A stretch of DNA of 64,000 bases from Girardia tigrina (GCA_001938485.1 MQRK01223727.1:7213-71212); one strand, 5' to 3'; counted from the stretch's first letter, positions 15,401 to 28,789 are shown. Notes: generated by a model not told the origin, from the letters alone. Program-made: numbers and translations.

Positions 15401-18400
15401 CAAAGCGTAATCTAAAACTGGCCAAATGTAATACTGATTTTATTGTGAATACTTCTCACAATTGTCACATTTTGAATCATGACTGTATTCGAGTGACTTA
15501 TTCTTCGTCATTTGGGTTAAGGATTAACCTAGGTAACGATCTTGTCTCACTATCCTTTGTTCCAATATCTTAGGAATATTTTCTTTATGGCGGATGATAG
15601 AGTCTTAAATGGAAATGATGTCTTACTCGATTTTGATTTGACAGAATTAGGTAGACGATGAGATTATTTTAAAACATTCTGCATAAGTGGTTGCAATCAA
15701 AATTTTCTGATTTAGTATTGTATGATACAGTGTAAAAAAGGACAGCCTCAACATTCGTTACTCAATTTCTTGGTAGCCTAAATATAGTTTTGCCAATCCA
15801 TGTACAGGATTAATGTTCGTGATCGTCGAGGGGTAAAATGAGACTTGTTTAAGCAAAAATGATGTTTTTAATTGAATTCTTTTCAAATTTTGAAAATAAA
15901 TTTAAATGTGAAATGATTTGATAAACAAACACTGTTTATTTCGGATAGTCTTTTTTCATGAATGAAAGCGATGCATTGGTTATTTGGAAAAGTACTTTTA
16001 TTGTGACATTGCATTCAATTGTTCATCAACTCCCAGGGATACCTAACAGCAGGATGATTTTGTTACTTTTTTAATTCTGCTCATTTGTACTTTTGGTTAG
16101 AGTATAAACTTGTATTGCAAATCAGGGAAGTAATGTTAAACTTCGTGTTACACTTTAATATCTAATGAAAAAAGACTTCGCTAATGAATGGCTTATCCTA
16201 TGTTTTGATAAATATTATTTTTTGTGTTATAAATTTTACGTTATTCATTAATGTTTTATTACCATCTGACTTTTAAAAACGGTATATCTGTGTCAAAATT
16301 ATATGTATCATGTTTTAATATCTACACATTTAATGTGGACTAAATTCTTGCTGAAGCAAATGTGAATTTCAAGTCTTTCTCAAAGATATTGATCTCTTTC
16401 GTGGTTCTTAGACATGTAGTATGAAAAATCATTTCTACTAGTGCAAAAATAAATGTTTTATCATCATACGAACATAGAACCCACTGTCGTAGAAGTGTTC
16501 ACATCATATTGTTCAACTTCGATACTGAGAATCTACTAACTGCTTTTGCTAATGCGCAACTAAAAGTAAAGTTAAAAATTTTAATTAACGACACCAAATG
16601 CGGAAGTATGTTTTCTAGCTTATAATGTCCCCAAAGGGAATAATACTGTAATATACATTTGACGATTTATTATTTCAAATAGTCATAAAGGTTTTTGAAC
16701 TTATTGAATATCGGTATATAAAGTGGAGGATTTCTGTGTTGACCATGTTGTTATTTTGCTCTGAAAATTTATTACCAAATCTCTTTAAGAAGCTTGTTAT
16801 ATTTGAGTTGGCAATTTAAGTAATTGTTATTATTTCAATATTTTATTTTTAGTTGTATTTGGTTTTTCTCATATATTATACTTTTTTTAAAAAAAATAAC
16901 CAAAATGAAAATTGAAAATCATGTTTGAAGAATTTAAAATTTATAAAGGTTGTTTTGTTATAATATATGTTGAAGAAATTTTTATTATACAGTCAGTCTT
17001 TGTAATCTCATGGCTGCTCTGGAAGAACTTAGCACCGGTTTAGAAAGAGTTGCAGAAGAATTAGCATTAATAAAGAATGCAGTGGAAAATAATCCAGATC
17101 TCATTCCCACAAGATTAGTTAATTTTGTCAGAGAAAATAATAATCGAGTGAATCTACTTAAAAATCAAACAGAACAAGCAAAAATAGCTTTTGTGAAAAC
17201 TGTCGAATGGTTTGGTGAAAAAGATCTCCAAACAGCGTCGCCGGACTTGTTTTTTGGCGCTCTTGTTCGATTTATGGACAGTTTCAAAGTAATTTTTTTA
17301 TTGATTTTAGTTTATTTGATTACTAAGACTTAATTTATTTAAAATAATTGTAATTTTTAATGAAGATGCCAAACGTAGTTTAACTAGAATAAATAAATAT
17401 TATTTCAAATTTTATTACTAGTGTATATTTTCGTTATTTTATTTAAATTATATATTTTTATTAAAGATATTATCTGGGATACGTTCAATAAACACCCAGA
17501 CTAGATCAGAATGTAAATTATTAGAATAATAATCGTTAAGTCTGTAAGCTATTTAGTCAATAATGTTATATGATATGTTAAACAAGTTTTACACTTTAAA
17601 TTGAGATTTTTATCCCTTAATAATATTAGGTTGTTGCAAAACCAATGCAGGTTTTTGCACATAAACTTTAAACAAATGTAACTCAGTACAGAAAAAACTC
17701 TATTAATCAAAATAAAAACCATCAGAATCAATACATTTTTGCCAACGAGAAACAAGTTAATTGATGCCTCTAGTGTAGAACGCCTGAATTCTGAATGCGA
17801 TGAAAGCGTTAAAGGCGTCTTTGGCGTCGTCTTGGTTTTGAAGCATTTTTCCTGGAGCGAGTTGTCCAGATGCTTGAAAATATGGTAGTCGGTGGGCGAG
17901 AAGTCCGATGAGTAGGTTGGATGAGGCAGAGTTTAGTTGCCCAATTTGTTTATCTTTTGTAGGGTCGGTTTTGCGATGTGTGTCCTGGCGTTGTTGTGGC
18001 CGCTTCATATTGACCAATCTCGGACACATACGTCGGAGCTCGTGATGCATTTTTTCAATTTTTGCCAGTACTTCTCTGCGGTGTTCGTTTCACCCTTATT
18101 CAGAAGGCTGTGATGGATAAGACCTGCTGCAGACCACCAAACAGTTAACATAACCTTCTTTAGGTGGAGTTTCGGTTTCGTAAAGTAGTGAGTAGTCTCA
18201 TCGCGGTCCAACCATTGTGCCAAATATCGCAAATTGTCGTAGAGATTCCAATTCTCATCACACGTCACAACCCGATCGAGAAACGGGTCGTTCTTGTTGC
18301 GCAGTAGTAGCGTGGAAGACACCTCAAAACGACGATTTATTTTTACTTTCGTTCAATTCGTGAGGCACCCATTTATCGAGCTTTTTCGACTTAACAATTT

Positions 18401-21400
18401 GCTTCAAGTGCCGAGCGACGGTTGAAGGATAAACGTTAAGCTCTTCTGTGAGTGCTCGAACAGTTGTGCATGGATCAGCTTCCGCCAGCTCCTTCAATTC
18501 GTTATTGTCAATCTTCGATGGACGGCTGCCATGAGGCTCATCTTTCATCTGGTATTGCCAGAGCAAAACTTTGATACCAGTGCTGCAACGTGCATTCGTT
18601 GACACTTCCCTTGCCCCAAACTTGGTTGATGTTTCGAGCTGTTTGAGCTGCATTACGTCCTAGCTTGAACTTGTAGAAAAAATGCTATGAAAATCATATT
18701 TTGACATCTGCAATTAAAATCAAAATTATTAACAAAAGAAACATTATAATAAGTTTTAGACAAATCTATCTGAAAGATTATAAATTAAGCTTTCGAATGA
18801 CTCATAACATCACACATGCTTTAGTCGTATAACATTGCTGTAAATACAAAAATATCTGTAAGATTTATAAGTATAATTTATAAGATATTTTAATTCTCAA
18901 CATTTAAATAATTATTAATGTTATTAAATATCTATATCTATATCAATATCCGTATTTATAAGAAATGGTTAAAAATAGAAATACTAAAAATATCCTCAAA
19001 TAAATTCAGTTGTTTAAATAAACAGAAATTTTGTGGAAAATTCAAAAGTTATCGATTAATAAATTATTTTGATCCAGGCTTATTTCTTTTGTTATTTGAA
19101 TGTCGGAAGAAATAGGAGACATTTATGCGACCAATGTCGTTCCTAACAATATCAAAAACCTGTATTCATTTTGTAACAACCTAATATATCTATGCTCTTC
19201 GTGGAATCGCAGAAATAGTTTACTTTTCAGAAAATTAATAACGTTATAAATTAATAAAGCTTCATTCAATTATAAAACAAATAATTTTCTCTCAGAAAAA
19301 AACTATTTCCATGATTACACGAAGAGCACAAATATATTAGTAATTGATAAAAATATCAATTTAAAGTGAAAACATAACACTGAATTATTTTTCAAATAAA
19401 AATGCAAAGGTTTTGTGATATAAATATAGTACAAGAAGTAATATACATAATTTAGAATTGAGCAGTTCCTTTAGAGATAAGTAACCCATGAAATTTGAAT
19501 TTAAGAGGTCATAAGGTTTGATTACATGTATGTTGCCTAGCTCCGTTCTTCTGAAATAATATTCGCGAATGTTTTTTCTTTAATTTGAGCTGAGGAGTCA
19601 CAAAAGAATTTATCATATCTTAAAAGCTATCAGATGTCACTCTAGTCTTAAATGGTTATGGTTAGGATTATGGGTTAGGGTTAACCAACCATTTCAACTG
19701 AAACACATAATCAGATCCGAATCATCTTTTATATATTTCATTTTATTAATTGCTGCACATCACAAAACTTAAAATTAATTTGTTTACGCCATACTGACTA
19801 AGCCAAAGCTTTCTGATGCCAAGCTTTCAGAATTTGACATCATTCTAAATTGATAAATTGTTTTTTTAATAAACAATTATTCGAACAAATTTTCATTTTA
19901 AATCATTTTCAGATTTTAATTTTAAAGTTCTTTTTTATAATTTCGGTAATAATTTTATCTAAAATTAATTTAATTTTAAAAATGATTTTATTTAAAGAAG
20001 TAACATTTGTTTAATTTAAAACTTACTTAAAAGTTATTTACTTTATTTAAATTTTTGATATTAAAATTTGAAACGATTTAATATTTAAAAGTTTTTAAAT
20101 GTTTTATGCTGTAATTTAAAATGCAAACTATGCTCGAATAACTATCCATCGCGAACATCCAAAATATCAATTTTCCATCTGGGTGGGAGAAACACATTTC
20201 CAAATACTAAACTCAACATACAAAGTTCAGCATAACACATTTAAAACATTCCTCACAATTCTACTATTCAAAAGTATTACATCACTCAGAAAAATTAATT
20301 TTCTTATAAATGATCAAAAAAAACGAATTTCATTAGTTTAAATTAAAAATTAGTTGAAACATTTAATTTAAATTTAAATCAAATTAGTTTTCTATAATAA
20401 CATTTCTAAATCAACACAAAACATCAAATTTTCTTCACAACATAAGCGTTAAAAAAGCACAAAATCAATGGTCTGATGATTTGATCAAAATTACGTAATA
20501 TTTACAAGCTTTTCTTATTACGTTTGATTTACGTTTCATTTGTTTGTTTGTCTGTCTGGATGCATCAAATCTTGCGATCGAAAATTCACCCACTTCCCGT
20601 TCACCTAGCGACATGAAACTTTCAGGACTGATGTATTCTAGGTGACAATACACTTTTCACTTTTTTTTCTCTCATATTTTTTTGAAAAGTAAGTGTTCTT
20701 AAAGACAATTGAGACCAAGTTTTAACAAAAACTCTCTTTCTTATTTCAGATTTAAATCACACTTCTATGAACTTTCTCATCTTTGGTTTTTGTGAGCAAA
20801 ATTATTCAATTGAATGAATTTATATACAACAAATCACTACATTCCAAGTCTTTTAATGTGGGAAGTGGGTGAAATAGATACAGTACCGCAAACATATGAC
20901 AAATTATAAAAGTTTTTACACCAAAAAATTTTTTGGCATGATTATTTTACTATATATGCGAAGAAGCTGTATTGTATAAATTTTTTAACCTTTTGTAACA
21001 TTAACAAAAATTACTTGTTTTATCAATAATTTCCAGAAAGCCATTTCTGAGAATGCTCGCAGAAAAATTGGCGATGAAAATAATCGCAAGAAAAACAAAG
21101 AAGTAAATAAATAATATAATTTCTTTGTAAAATTGATTCGAAAAATGCTCATAATATAGCGAAAGATTAACGAACCAAAAGGTGATCTTACACGTAAAAA
21201 GAATCGTACTCGTCAAATTAACGCAGATGGAATAGTCGATGATATTATGGCTGGTAGGATCACTGCGTTCACTCTTCTGTTCTCTTTTATTAAGCCACTC
21301 TTTCTTCTTCAGGACTCGATTACCAGCCTCTCCAAGTCGGCCTGCATGCCAGAAGAGGCAAGCGGGATAACACCGACAGTCCTGAAACCAGTATTTACCA

Positions 21401-21410
21401 GGAACACTAA
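3432..21410 (+). CDS. FMNL: FMNL-type (formin-like) formin, FH2 + DAD portion; 5' exons lie upstream of the window
   Basis: Phase-consistent GT-AG exons: 3432 (or 3441)-3765, 3814-4138, 7003-7152, 12739-12868, 16993-17288, 21037-21102, 21160-21253, 21313-21410 (TAA). The spliced protein follows the FMNL FH2: PLIKW..GTVFEEIDG..FEKIFK, KISLLDQNRQK, SQKLKKILEIVLAFGNRMN..GFRIQSLD, ELQYVEDASRVSL, WFGE..SPDLFFGALVRFMDSFKKAISEN. It ends with a DAD-like DGIVDDIMAGLDYQP..RRGKR. Confidence 0.92.
4242..5424 (+). mobile_element. Mariner element, internally deleted and frameshifted, in a formin intron
   Basis: TIR TTGGGTTGTTGCATAAG(C/T)TCCCGCCGTT at both ends with TA TSD (4240-41, 5425-26). ORF pieces contain RSGRP, WVPHE, IVTGDEKW and LGWEVLQHPPY. 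The segment with the second catalytic Asp is missing. Confidence 0.95.
5548..5756. mobile_element. Tc2/pogo-type MITE
   Basis: TIR CCGTATTT(T)TCCGTGTATAAGA / TCTTATACACGGAAAATACGG with TA on both sides; 209 bp, non-coding. Confidence 0.85.
6470..6670 (+). mobile_element. Mariner 3'-end remnant
   Basis: Translates KNVLTEFFESKSQEFNNRGIKMSPEL*A*VVENNGEYIVD*, the mariner C-terminal motif. Confidence 0.65.
7377..8567 (-). mobile_element. Chapaev3-type (CMC) DNA transposon, deletion derivative
   Basis: Termini CACTGGGTAACAA / TTGTTACCCAGTG, 3-bp TAA TSD (7374-76, 8568-70), ~110-bp imperfect subterminal inverted similarity. Transposase fragments LKEKYEAVK..WMICV and IKMHFLFSQMENFSENHGAMSDEYGESFHQD. 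Confidence 0.85.
9146..9570. mobile_element. Solo-LTR-like insertion with 5-bp TSD
   Basis: GACAC is duplicated at 9141-45 and 9571-75. Ends are TATTAAGAA..TTCCTCACA. Excision restores the hAT reading frame. The terminal ~90 bp recur at ~20170-20257. Confidence 0.75.
9720..10221. mobile_element. hAT (Ac-type) MITE
   Basis: TIR TAGAGATGG / CCATCTCTA, perfect 8-bp TSD TTTGGTTG (9712-19, 10222-29), multiple subterminal ACCCGA motifs. Confidence 0.9.
14212..14460 (-). mobile_element. Gypsy-type integrase zinc-binding (HHCC) remnant
   Basis: DLCHVDIKKTKKYIQNHFMLPDLAKVVQIVIGECQECKCRK matches the integrase H2C2 pattern. Confidence 0.65.
17626..19184 (-). mobile_element. Mariner element (frameshifted) in a formin intron
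   Basis: TIR TTAGGTTGTTGCAAAA / TTTTGTAACAACCTAA with TA TSD. Fragments KLDKWVPHEL, FLDRVVTCDENW, KKVMLTVWW and YTRGIN. Confidence 0.93.
18857..19148. mobile_element. Solo LTR nested in the mariner 5' UTR
   Basis: TGTAAG..CCTAACA termini with perfect 5-bp TSD ATATC (18852-56, 19149-53). Confidence 0.8.
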
Positions 21411-22082
21411 AATCTGCCAAATATGTGTTCCTGGAATTCGATTCCGTTATCAACAATCGATATTATTTGCATTTCTCTAAAATGAGAACAAACTTTCTGT
21501 ATAGGTGCAATAAGGACGTTGAATGAATGTTTTGATTGGCTGTCGCATCTCTGTATGGTGTAGTGTGTGTGTGTGTATGTGAGTCTGAGTGTCTGTATCT
21601 GCTTCCTGGTCTGTTGTCAATCTGAGGAGAAATACGGGCGGTGATTTTCTGTCTGATTTTGTGCAGTTTCGATCGATCTGCGATATAATTTTCAATATTT
21701 TTTTTAATTTAAACTTTTATTTATTTTCATTTTAAAACAAATAACGAAGACCGAAAAAAAAGCAAAAATCACATTCGACATTTCTTCGTTATAATTTTTG
21801 GAACAATTTAATTTTTCAATTCATTATTTTTTAATTGAAACCAACGTTCTTTTCTGCAAAAGTAAGCCATTTTGATTTTCATTGATTGGATCAATTGTTG
21901 ATGTTGGGATTGTTCGATTGGTTGGTTGAATGTAAACGATGATTGGATTGCGAAATATCTTTATCATTTGGTTTCAAATTGTCGAAATTGGTGAGATTTT
22001 TAAATAAAATTGTGGAAATTTAGTGTGTGTTTTGTTTTGCAAAGAGACTTTTTTTATCCAAGGGGAATGAACTGGGCACTGC

Positions 22083-22243
22083 GTTCACTAAGGTTATGGC
22101 TAACGTTGCTAAGGTGATCTGAACCGTTGCTAGGGAAATTGTGACAGTTGTTAGGGTACCGGGAAGCAATCAGAACCGTTTATATGGTAATGGGAAGCAA
22201 TCAGAACCGTTGTTAAGGTAACTGGAACCGTTGCCATGGTAAC
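22083..22243. promoter_or_regulatory. Tandem array of X-box (RFX-site)-like motifs
   Basis: 14-mers GTTGCTAAGGTGAT (22105), GTTGCTAGGGAAAT (22126), GTTGTTAGGGTACC (22147), GTTTATATGGTAAT (22178), GTTGTTAAGGTAAC (22209) and consensus GTTGCCATGGTAAC (22230). Function is unproven. Confidence 0.45.
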
Positions 22244-22813
22244 GGGTACCCCGGGGTCGGGGGAGAAGCCACATGTTTCCCCTTCTTTGAGCATGTGAAA
22301 GCTTAAGTACAGGAAATGTCTTTGTTTTCGAAAATATTATCGTGTCGCGAAAGTCTTTCGGGTTATTTAAAGATCTCTGTTGGCTTTTGTTCGGAATGAT
22401 CTTCTTGATTCCGTATCGATAGTTTTAGATTTAAATAGTCATAGCATTAATCTCCTTTCTCGAATTTTTTTATGATATGCCCCTCCATTCCTCATCCGAA
22501 ACATTTCTTAGATTTTCGTTGTCTACTAGTTCCTCCCGCGTGCTGGTTTCTCTCCCAGTTATGATCATTCGTATATTTGTTGTTTTCTGAACCCCAACTC
22601 TTGTTTGTTTCTGTTCAAATCTGCTATTATTTCTTGTCACCACCTTGTAACTCTTGCTTATGTTCTGTGTACCGTTATCTCTCACTACTTTTACTTGTTC
22701 TACCACCATTTTAACAACATACACTGCTTTGATCTTCTCTTTTATTTCTGCCACTCATTTTGGCTTATTCATGTCGTCACAAAGTTTAATAATAATGTTT
22801 CCATGATACTCTA

Positions 22814-24310
22814 CAGTGCTGGAAAAATGTCTTTTGACAGTGCACTTTTTTGCGATTTTTAGTGAAAATATATTACCAAAAACAGTTTTTCAACCCAATT
22901 TTTTAATACAACCTTATAAACGTATAATTTATCTATTTTAAGTAAAGAATTAATACCAGGATTTTTTTAATTTCAATCAAGAGAGAAAACAGCTTCGATA
23001 CGGCGTTGCATGCTCTCAGCAAGTTTCTGGCACTCCTCTGCAGTGGTCTCTAGGCACCATACCCGTTTGATTTCCTCTTTTAATTGACTTATAGATGTTA
23101 TTTCGATCTCACTGAGTTTCCTCTTCATGTTGGACCACAGATGTTCAATTGGATTCAGGTCTGGGCTGTTGGATGGTTAGTCAAGCAGCTCAATGTTGTT
23201 GTCCTGAAACCATTTTAGCGCCTTTTTCAACAATGGCAAGGGGCATTGTCTTGCTGGAAAATTGTACAACCATGGACGCACATAAAATGAGCCAACTTCT
23301 CTTCTAAAATATTGATATAACCATCAGTATAGAGTCTTTGGTTTGAATTGAGAAGTGTAAGCCCCCCTCGGCCATTGTGGGAAAAACAGTCCCAAACCAT
23401 GACAGAAGCTGGATGCTTGCTAGTCTTCTTTGTGTACCTTGGGTTCACCGGTGATGAGCAACTGGTCTTCGAACTGTCTGATTGGGGCAATTGTTGATTT
23501 GGAATGAGTTTTCATCACTGAACATAACCTTTTTCCACTGTTCAATCGTATAATTGTAGTATTTTTCACAAATTGTAATCGCTTCTTTCTCATTGCACTT
23601 GTATTGATTGGTTTTTTCACAGCTTTACGGCTGGAATTTTGAATTCCTTGCACAGGCGATTTCTTATGGTACGTGTAGTAACATTGCTGCACTGCACTGC
23701 CAGATTGCGCTTGATTTGGGCAGAAGTAATAAAGGGATTCTTCACTGCTTGCATTCTTATTAGTGCATCAACTCGAGGCGTGGTTGCTTTAGGCCTGCCT
23801 GATCTTGTTTTAATTGAAGTATTGCCTTCGGATTCATATCTTTTCATTATATTGGCAACAAATTGATGGAAAATTCCATACTGAGCCGCAATTTCTCTTG
23901 TTGACAGACTTGTATTTCAGTGTGAGGCTAATATAGTACATCGAATCTCTTGGTCTACTTATTTTTCAGGCATATCAAAAAAAATTCGCGATTTGATTGA
24001 TTGATGAGGGAAGAAAGAAGGATAATGCATCATATGCAATACAAGTGACGCAGCTTATTTTGCATGCACTGTGCATATAATAACATATTCACATGTGTAT
24101 ACATGGTCATGCATACATATTAATATGTAAGCATTATGTATGCTCACATAATATCCTTAAATAGTCTCTATTAATTGTTTACTTAAAATAGATAAAATAT
24201 ACGTTTATAAGATTGTATTTAAAAAATTGGGTTGAAAAACTGTTTTTGGTAATATATTTTCATTAAAAATCGCAAAAAAGTGCACTGTCAAAAGACTTTT
24301 TCCAGCACTG
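22814..24310 (-). mobile_element. Tc1 (DD34E) transposon with long TIRs, decayed ORF
   Basis: ~130-bp TIRs starting CAGTGCTGGAAAAA with TA TSD (22812-13, 24311-12). Fragments RSGRPKATT, KHPASVMVW and FQQDNAPCH..NSPDLNPIEHLW, with 34 residues between D and E after correcting one frameshift. Confidence 0.93.
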
Positions 24311-25040
24311 TACTTCATCATATTGTATTTTAGTATATTTTCCATGAGTTTTGTTTCTTTTCGAAGAAAACTTCTGGTATATCTTTCATTCTATCGTAGC
24401 ATACGGAATCACCTTTTATTACGAGATAAAAAATACTCGTGACATAAATTTTTAATCTTGATGTTCTCGAACTACCGTCCTCATATACAGTAATAACCTG
24501 AAAGCGGGAAGTTCAATATCATGTGACGGACGAGGGGGGCTTCAATATTGCAAAGATTTTGTCCATGTACTGTACGTCGAATAATTATCATTCAAGATAT
24601 ATATCTGCTTCTGATTGATCGAGGTAAAGTGCATTTGAAAAGCTACTTGGCTTCAGTTGCCTCTCTCTGGAAACTAAAAATTCTACCATCCTTACAGCAA
24701 AACCTAATTTTTAAGTAGCTTTCTTCAGTAATCTTGACTATTGGTTCGGCGGGCATCAACTATTGTTTGTCCTCATATGGGTTGCTTAAAAAAATAGTTT
24801 TTAATATCCTATCAAGCTTCGTTTCCAGAATCTGATATTCTAAGTTACTTTTGCCAGTGATGTAAGTCAAATTATGTGGAAATTCTTGATGGTCCATTCC
24901 GGGGCAAATTCTGATGACTGACTTCTTTTTCACGTGGCGATTTACCTCGTCAACTGTGCATTGTCGTCCAAAGTATGGTTTGTCAACGAGACGTCCATTA
25001 AATCATTAAACCGAGCCGGCCGAACCTTCACTTTGCATGG

Positions 25041-28000
25041 CATCTCCCCTCTTACTTCATCGTTATGAGGCCCAGGGCTCTTCGATTTGCCGTCGTTACG
25101 AACCTTAGATGACTTCTCTTCTGAATTGGAGCTACTTTCTTCGGATCCGCTCGTATATTTACGGTGGTACCCTTGGATCTGTTATACCTTCCTCCGGCAA
25201 GCGTTTTGAGTAAATGTTTCTGGATTTCATCAATATCCACTTTATGAAGATACCTGAACTCAGTGACAACATTTTATCTCCACTGTGTAGTGTACGTTGG
25301 GTTCGTCGGCTTCACGAACACTGAGTCTCCAACCTGTATTTCCTTTACTCCTAGTCCTCTGAAACTGCTTCACGTAATCAACCGAGAGGCGACAACCGTC
25401 GCTGGCAAACTCAGTCAATACTGAGATCACCCCACTCAATTTTGCGGGTGATATTGTACTACGCAACCATGTCATTCATCAGTTTCCCATTTCTAGCTTC
25501 CATACCAGTGATCGCCCGGTGACACCACTCCATGATCCTATTCTCATTGAGACAATTGGTACATTTAAATCGCACCTCCATGTCCCTGTCAGACAGCAAA
25601 CTGTGAGTGGCCGCTTCACAATGTATATTAAATTATCGAGCAGTAACTCCTAGGGTGGACCAAACTCGTAGAACACCGATTTTAGTGCAGAGAATACATC
25701 AATTTTTCCCTCTGAACCGATTTTCTTTCACAGCATGAAGCACCCTGACCAACAATCCACAATCGTTATAAACTTTCCCTCCGTTATGTGCGTTACATCC
25801 ATCGTGAGCCGCTGCCAGGTTTTCTTGAGACCCAATTTACTTTCTTCCCATTTCCCTGGTGAAGGGTCAATCGACGCAAAGCGATGGCATGACTTCACAA
25901 CTGCTTGAACTTGTTTCTCGATAACCATTATCTTCTTGTTATGAACATAATCCTTTTTATTCAGAAATTATGAATGTAGCCTTTTATAGGATATCAAATG
26001 ACTCTCGCTCCCCATCAACCGCTATGACTGCTACCTTCAATCTTTCTTTGCCACGCTCAATCAATTACAGGAAACTCGGGTAAGGCCATTACCTTCGTTC
26101 TTCGCGGATCCGACCAAACCTAATTTTACTTGCAACCCCTCTTCCTTGATGGCTTTCTTAATGTTACTGATGTGCTGTTTAACCAGCAGTTCGATCATCC
26201 CACGGGATTTAACTGGCCTTACACCTACCATCGTGTTAGTTAGCCATCGAAACACGATGGTGGAATCAGTCATAATCTTACACTCGCTCAGACCCCACAC
26301 AAAAGCACTTAACTCTAAGAAATTATTTATTTCAATAATAATACTCAAAAAAATAATAAAATAAATAAAAATATATAAAAAATACAAAAATAAGGAAAAA
26401 ACAAAATAAAAATTAGGGAGCGACAATGTATCGTTTAACGATAAGTCGATGTATCGTTAACGATGCTTGTTTCGATGCATCGTTAACTCGCTCAGACCAC
26501 ACGCAAAAGCACCCTTAATAGCTTTGTTTGCTGACACGAGCTCTGTCAGTTTTATGTTATAAGCAACATCTTTCTTTCGCAACTACGAGGTGTTCTCAAC
26601 CTCTGTTCCCCAATTTTTACATAGATACCGATTTCGATGGATTGCGTTGCAACACACTCGACCATGGTTCTAATGGGCACTTCCCGTTTTCCGTTCACTG
26701 GGTGCTCGTTTCAATGAAGTTTTGCCAATGTATCAACAATATCCACTACTCTCGATTCCATTGGTTAGTACAATCCACCAGTGACATGCCATTCTTCAAA
26801 AAGCTGCATGCTGTACTCAATTACTTACCAACTGGAAAATGACCTACCAGTTAATCAACATAAGAGAAAGCCTTCCACCGTGTCATATGAGGGGCCAATT
26901 CCGGCATCTTGCGTCCCGTTGCCAACGTATTTCACCATCCCTATGGAGCATAAAGAGTCTGAGTACTCTCCAAAAATTTATCTTCATCGGCTGTTTTTTT
27001 TCTCGAGCAAGAAATTATTGCTTACGGACTTCACACGTTCACCCAATATTTTTCTACTGTCTACTGTGACGTCATCATAGTATGCATCTGGTGCCATTAC
27101 CCCTTTTCTATCTATCTCGAGTACGTGGTCCATGATATATCTCATGATTTCTTAAGCCCTGTTGGGAGTGTTGTTGAGTTCATAAATTTTTTGAAGTTAC
27201 AATCTTATCAAATTAATAATTAAACAATTACATTCCATAAAATATTGTTATAGATATGTTAAAATAAGATTTTCAGAAATTAATTCATGTAAGAAATAAA
27301 ATAAATTTTACGGTAGGTTTATTGAAAGATTTATTATAAAGTAAAAAAGTTAATTTCAAATTTGATGAAAATATTTAAGTTAAATAAAATCAAAAGTAAT
27401 ATAAAGTTTAATATTTTATTTGCGAAATGAAAGTAAACTAAAATATTTTTTTAACTTTCTTTTATTTTACACTATTAAATCGAAGTAAATTAAAAAATGT
27501 CACTATAATTTTATTTTTTGGAAATTTTAATTGAAATCAAAGTATAATTGTAAAACAATTAAATCGATTTAAATGAATCTGTGGTTTTAATTTTATTTTG
27601 GAAAGCGTAATTATTAATGGAAATATAATTTTATTTTTAATGAAAAAAAGGGGTAATTTAAAAAATGTTAAATTAAACGAAATTGCGATTTTAAATTCTA
27701 TTTTCAAATATTATTAAATCCAAGTATTTTTTAAATTTATTATGAAAACGAAATGAAAAATGCTATTGTATAGAATGGGGACATTTAATTGAGAAACAGG
27801 TAAATTTCAAGGTACAATAAAATTTAAATTTAATAAAAGGCGAAACAAAATCTTTGTGACCAAATTTTAATTCACTTTATAATTTTTTATTAAACAAAAG
27901 TATAGAATTTTAATTCGAAAAAAATACAATAACCATATTTATATTTAATTCAATTAAATTTAATTAAATTTAAATTAAATTTAATTATTTAATTTAATTC

Positions 28001-28680
28001 AATTCTTATTTATAATGGTTTGTGTAAAAGTAAAGTGTAAAAGTTCCTCGGAAATATTTGTTTAAAAAAACTCAAATTGTGGTAGAAATAAAGTTTTGTG
28101 TTCATGACAACGCCTTTTGATCAAGAACCCAATAAGCCCCATTTAGCATGAATACTAGACACGCTAGACAACTTCTCCGACTTGCATGCTGAATTACCTG
28201 ATAAGGTCACAGACTACGATACACCTTAATTTGAAGGTATGTTCGCCTCAGGCTGGATTCATTCGACTGAAATGCCATTCTTGGCGTCTGTGAAACTTTT
28301 CTACGTGAAACGAGATTCTCTGCAGTGTGACTGAACACGAGTTCGTTTAGGGTTCGATAGTTTATTACTGGTATCAATTTTTCATCGGCCGCTAGAATTA
28401 TTCACAACGTCTGCCGCTGCACTGTGCTCTGTTTGCCCAAACTTTGTAGCACAACCATCGCCTCACATCTAGACTCCTCCAAGCTGTCTAACTGCGTCCA
28501 TACCGAGAAGCAACTATGGCCTCACCCCGATGACCTCCAGTAAAACAAGAACACGGCACAAAATCCAACAGGATCATCTTAAACCTAAAGTTAGTCCAGC
28601 TTTGCTGGTGAAAAAGCCGCCTTCATGACGACCATTGTCGAACAATTTTTCCTCATCGCCCATTGTCCTCATCGTCCTTC
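25041..28680 (-). mobile_element. Degenerate LTR retrotransposon pol (RT-RNaseH-integrase) with PPT
   Basis: RT AYLQIKV..EIMRYIMDHVL..AYYDDVTV (rejoined across the 27160-28134 insert); RNaseH-like IMTDSTIVFRWL; integrase VKSC..SIDPSPGKW..WQRLTMDVTH..TIVDC. A polypurine tract AAGAGGGGAGA (25043-53, minus) is followed by TG. Confidence 0.75.
27160..28134 (+). mobile_element. Solo LTR (975 bp) inserted into RT
   Basis: TGTTGGG..CCCAATA termini with 5-bp TSD AGCCC (27155-59, 28135-39). Its 3' end (AAAGTTCCTC..TTTTGATCAAGAACCCAA) matches the LTR end at ~30349-30441. Confidence 0.85.
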
Positions 28681-28789
28681 CACACATGAAAATTCGACAA
28701 GAAAATGTGTATTAAATAATGAAACATTTATTTTATCCCACCAAAAATTAGTTTCCTATTTCTAAATCACTCTTCCATATTGGTTCTCA

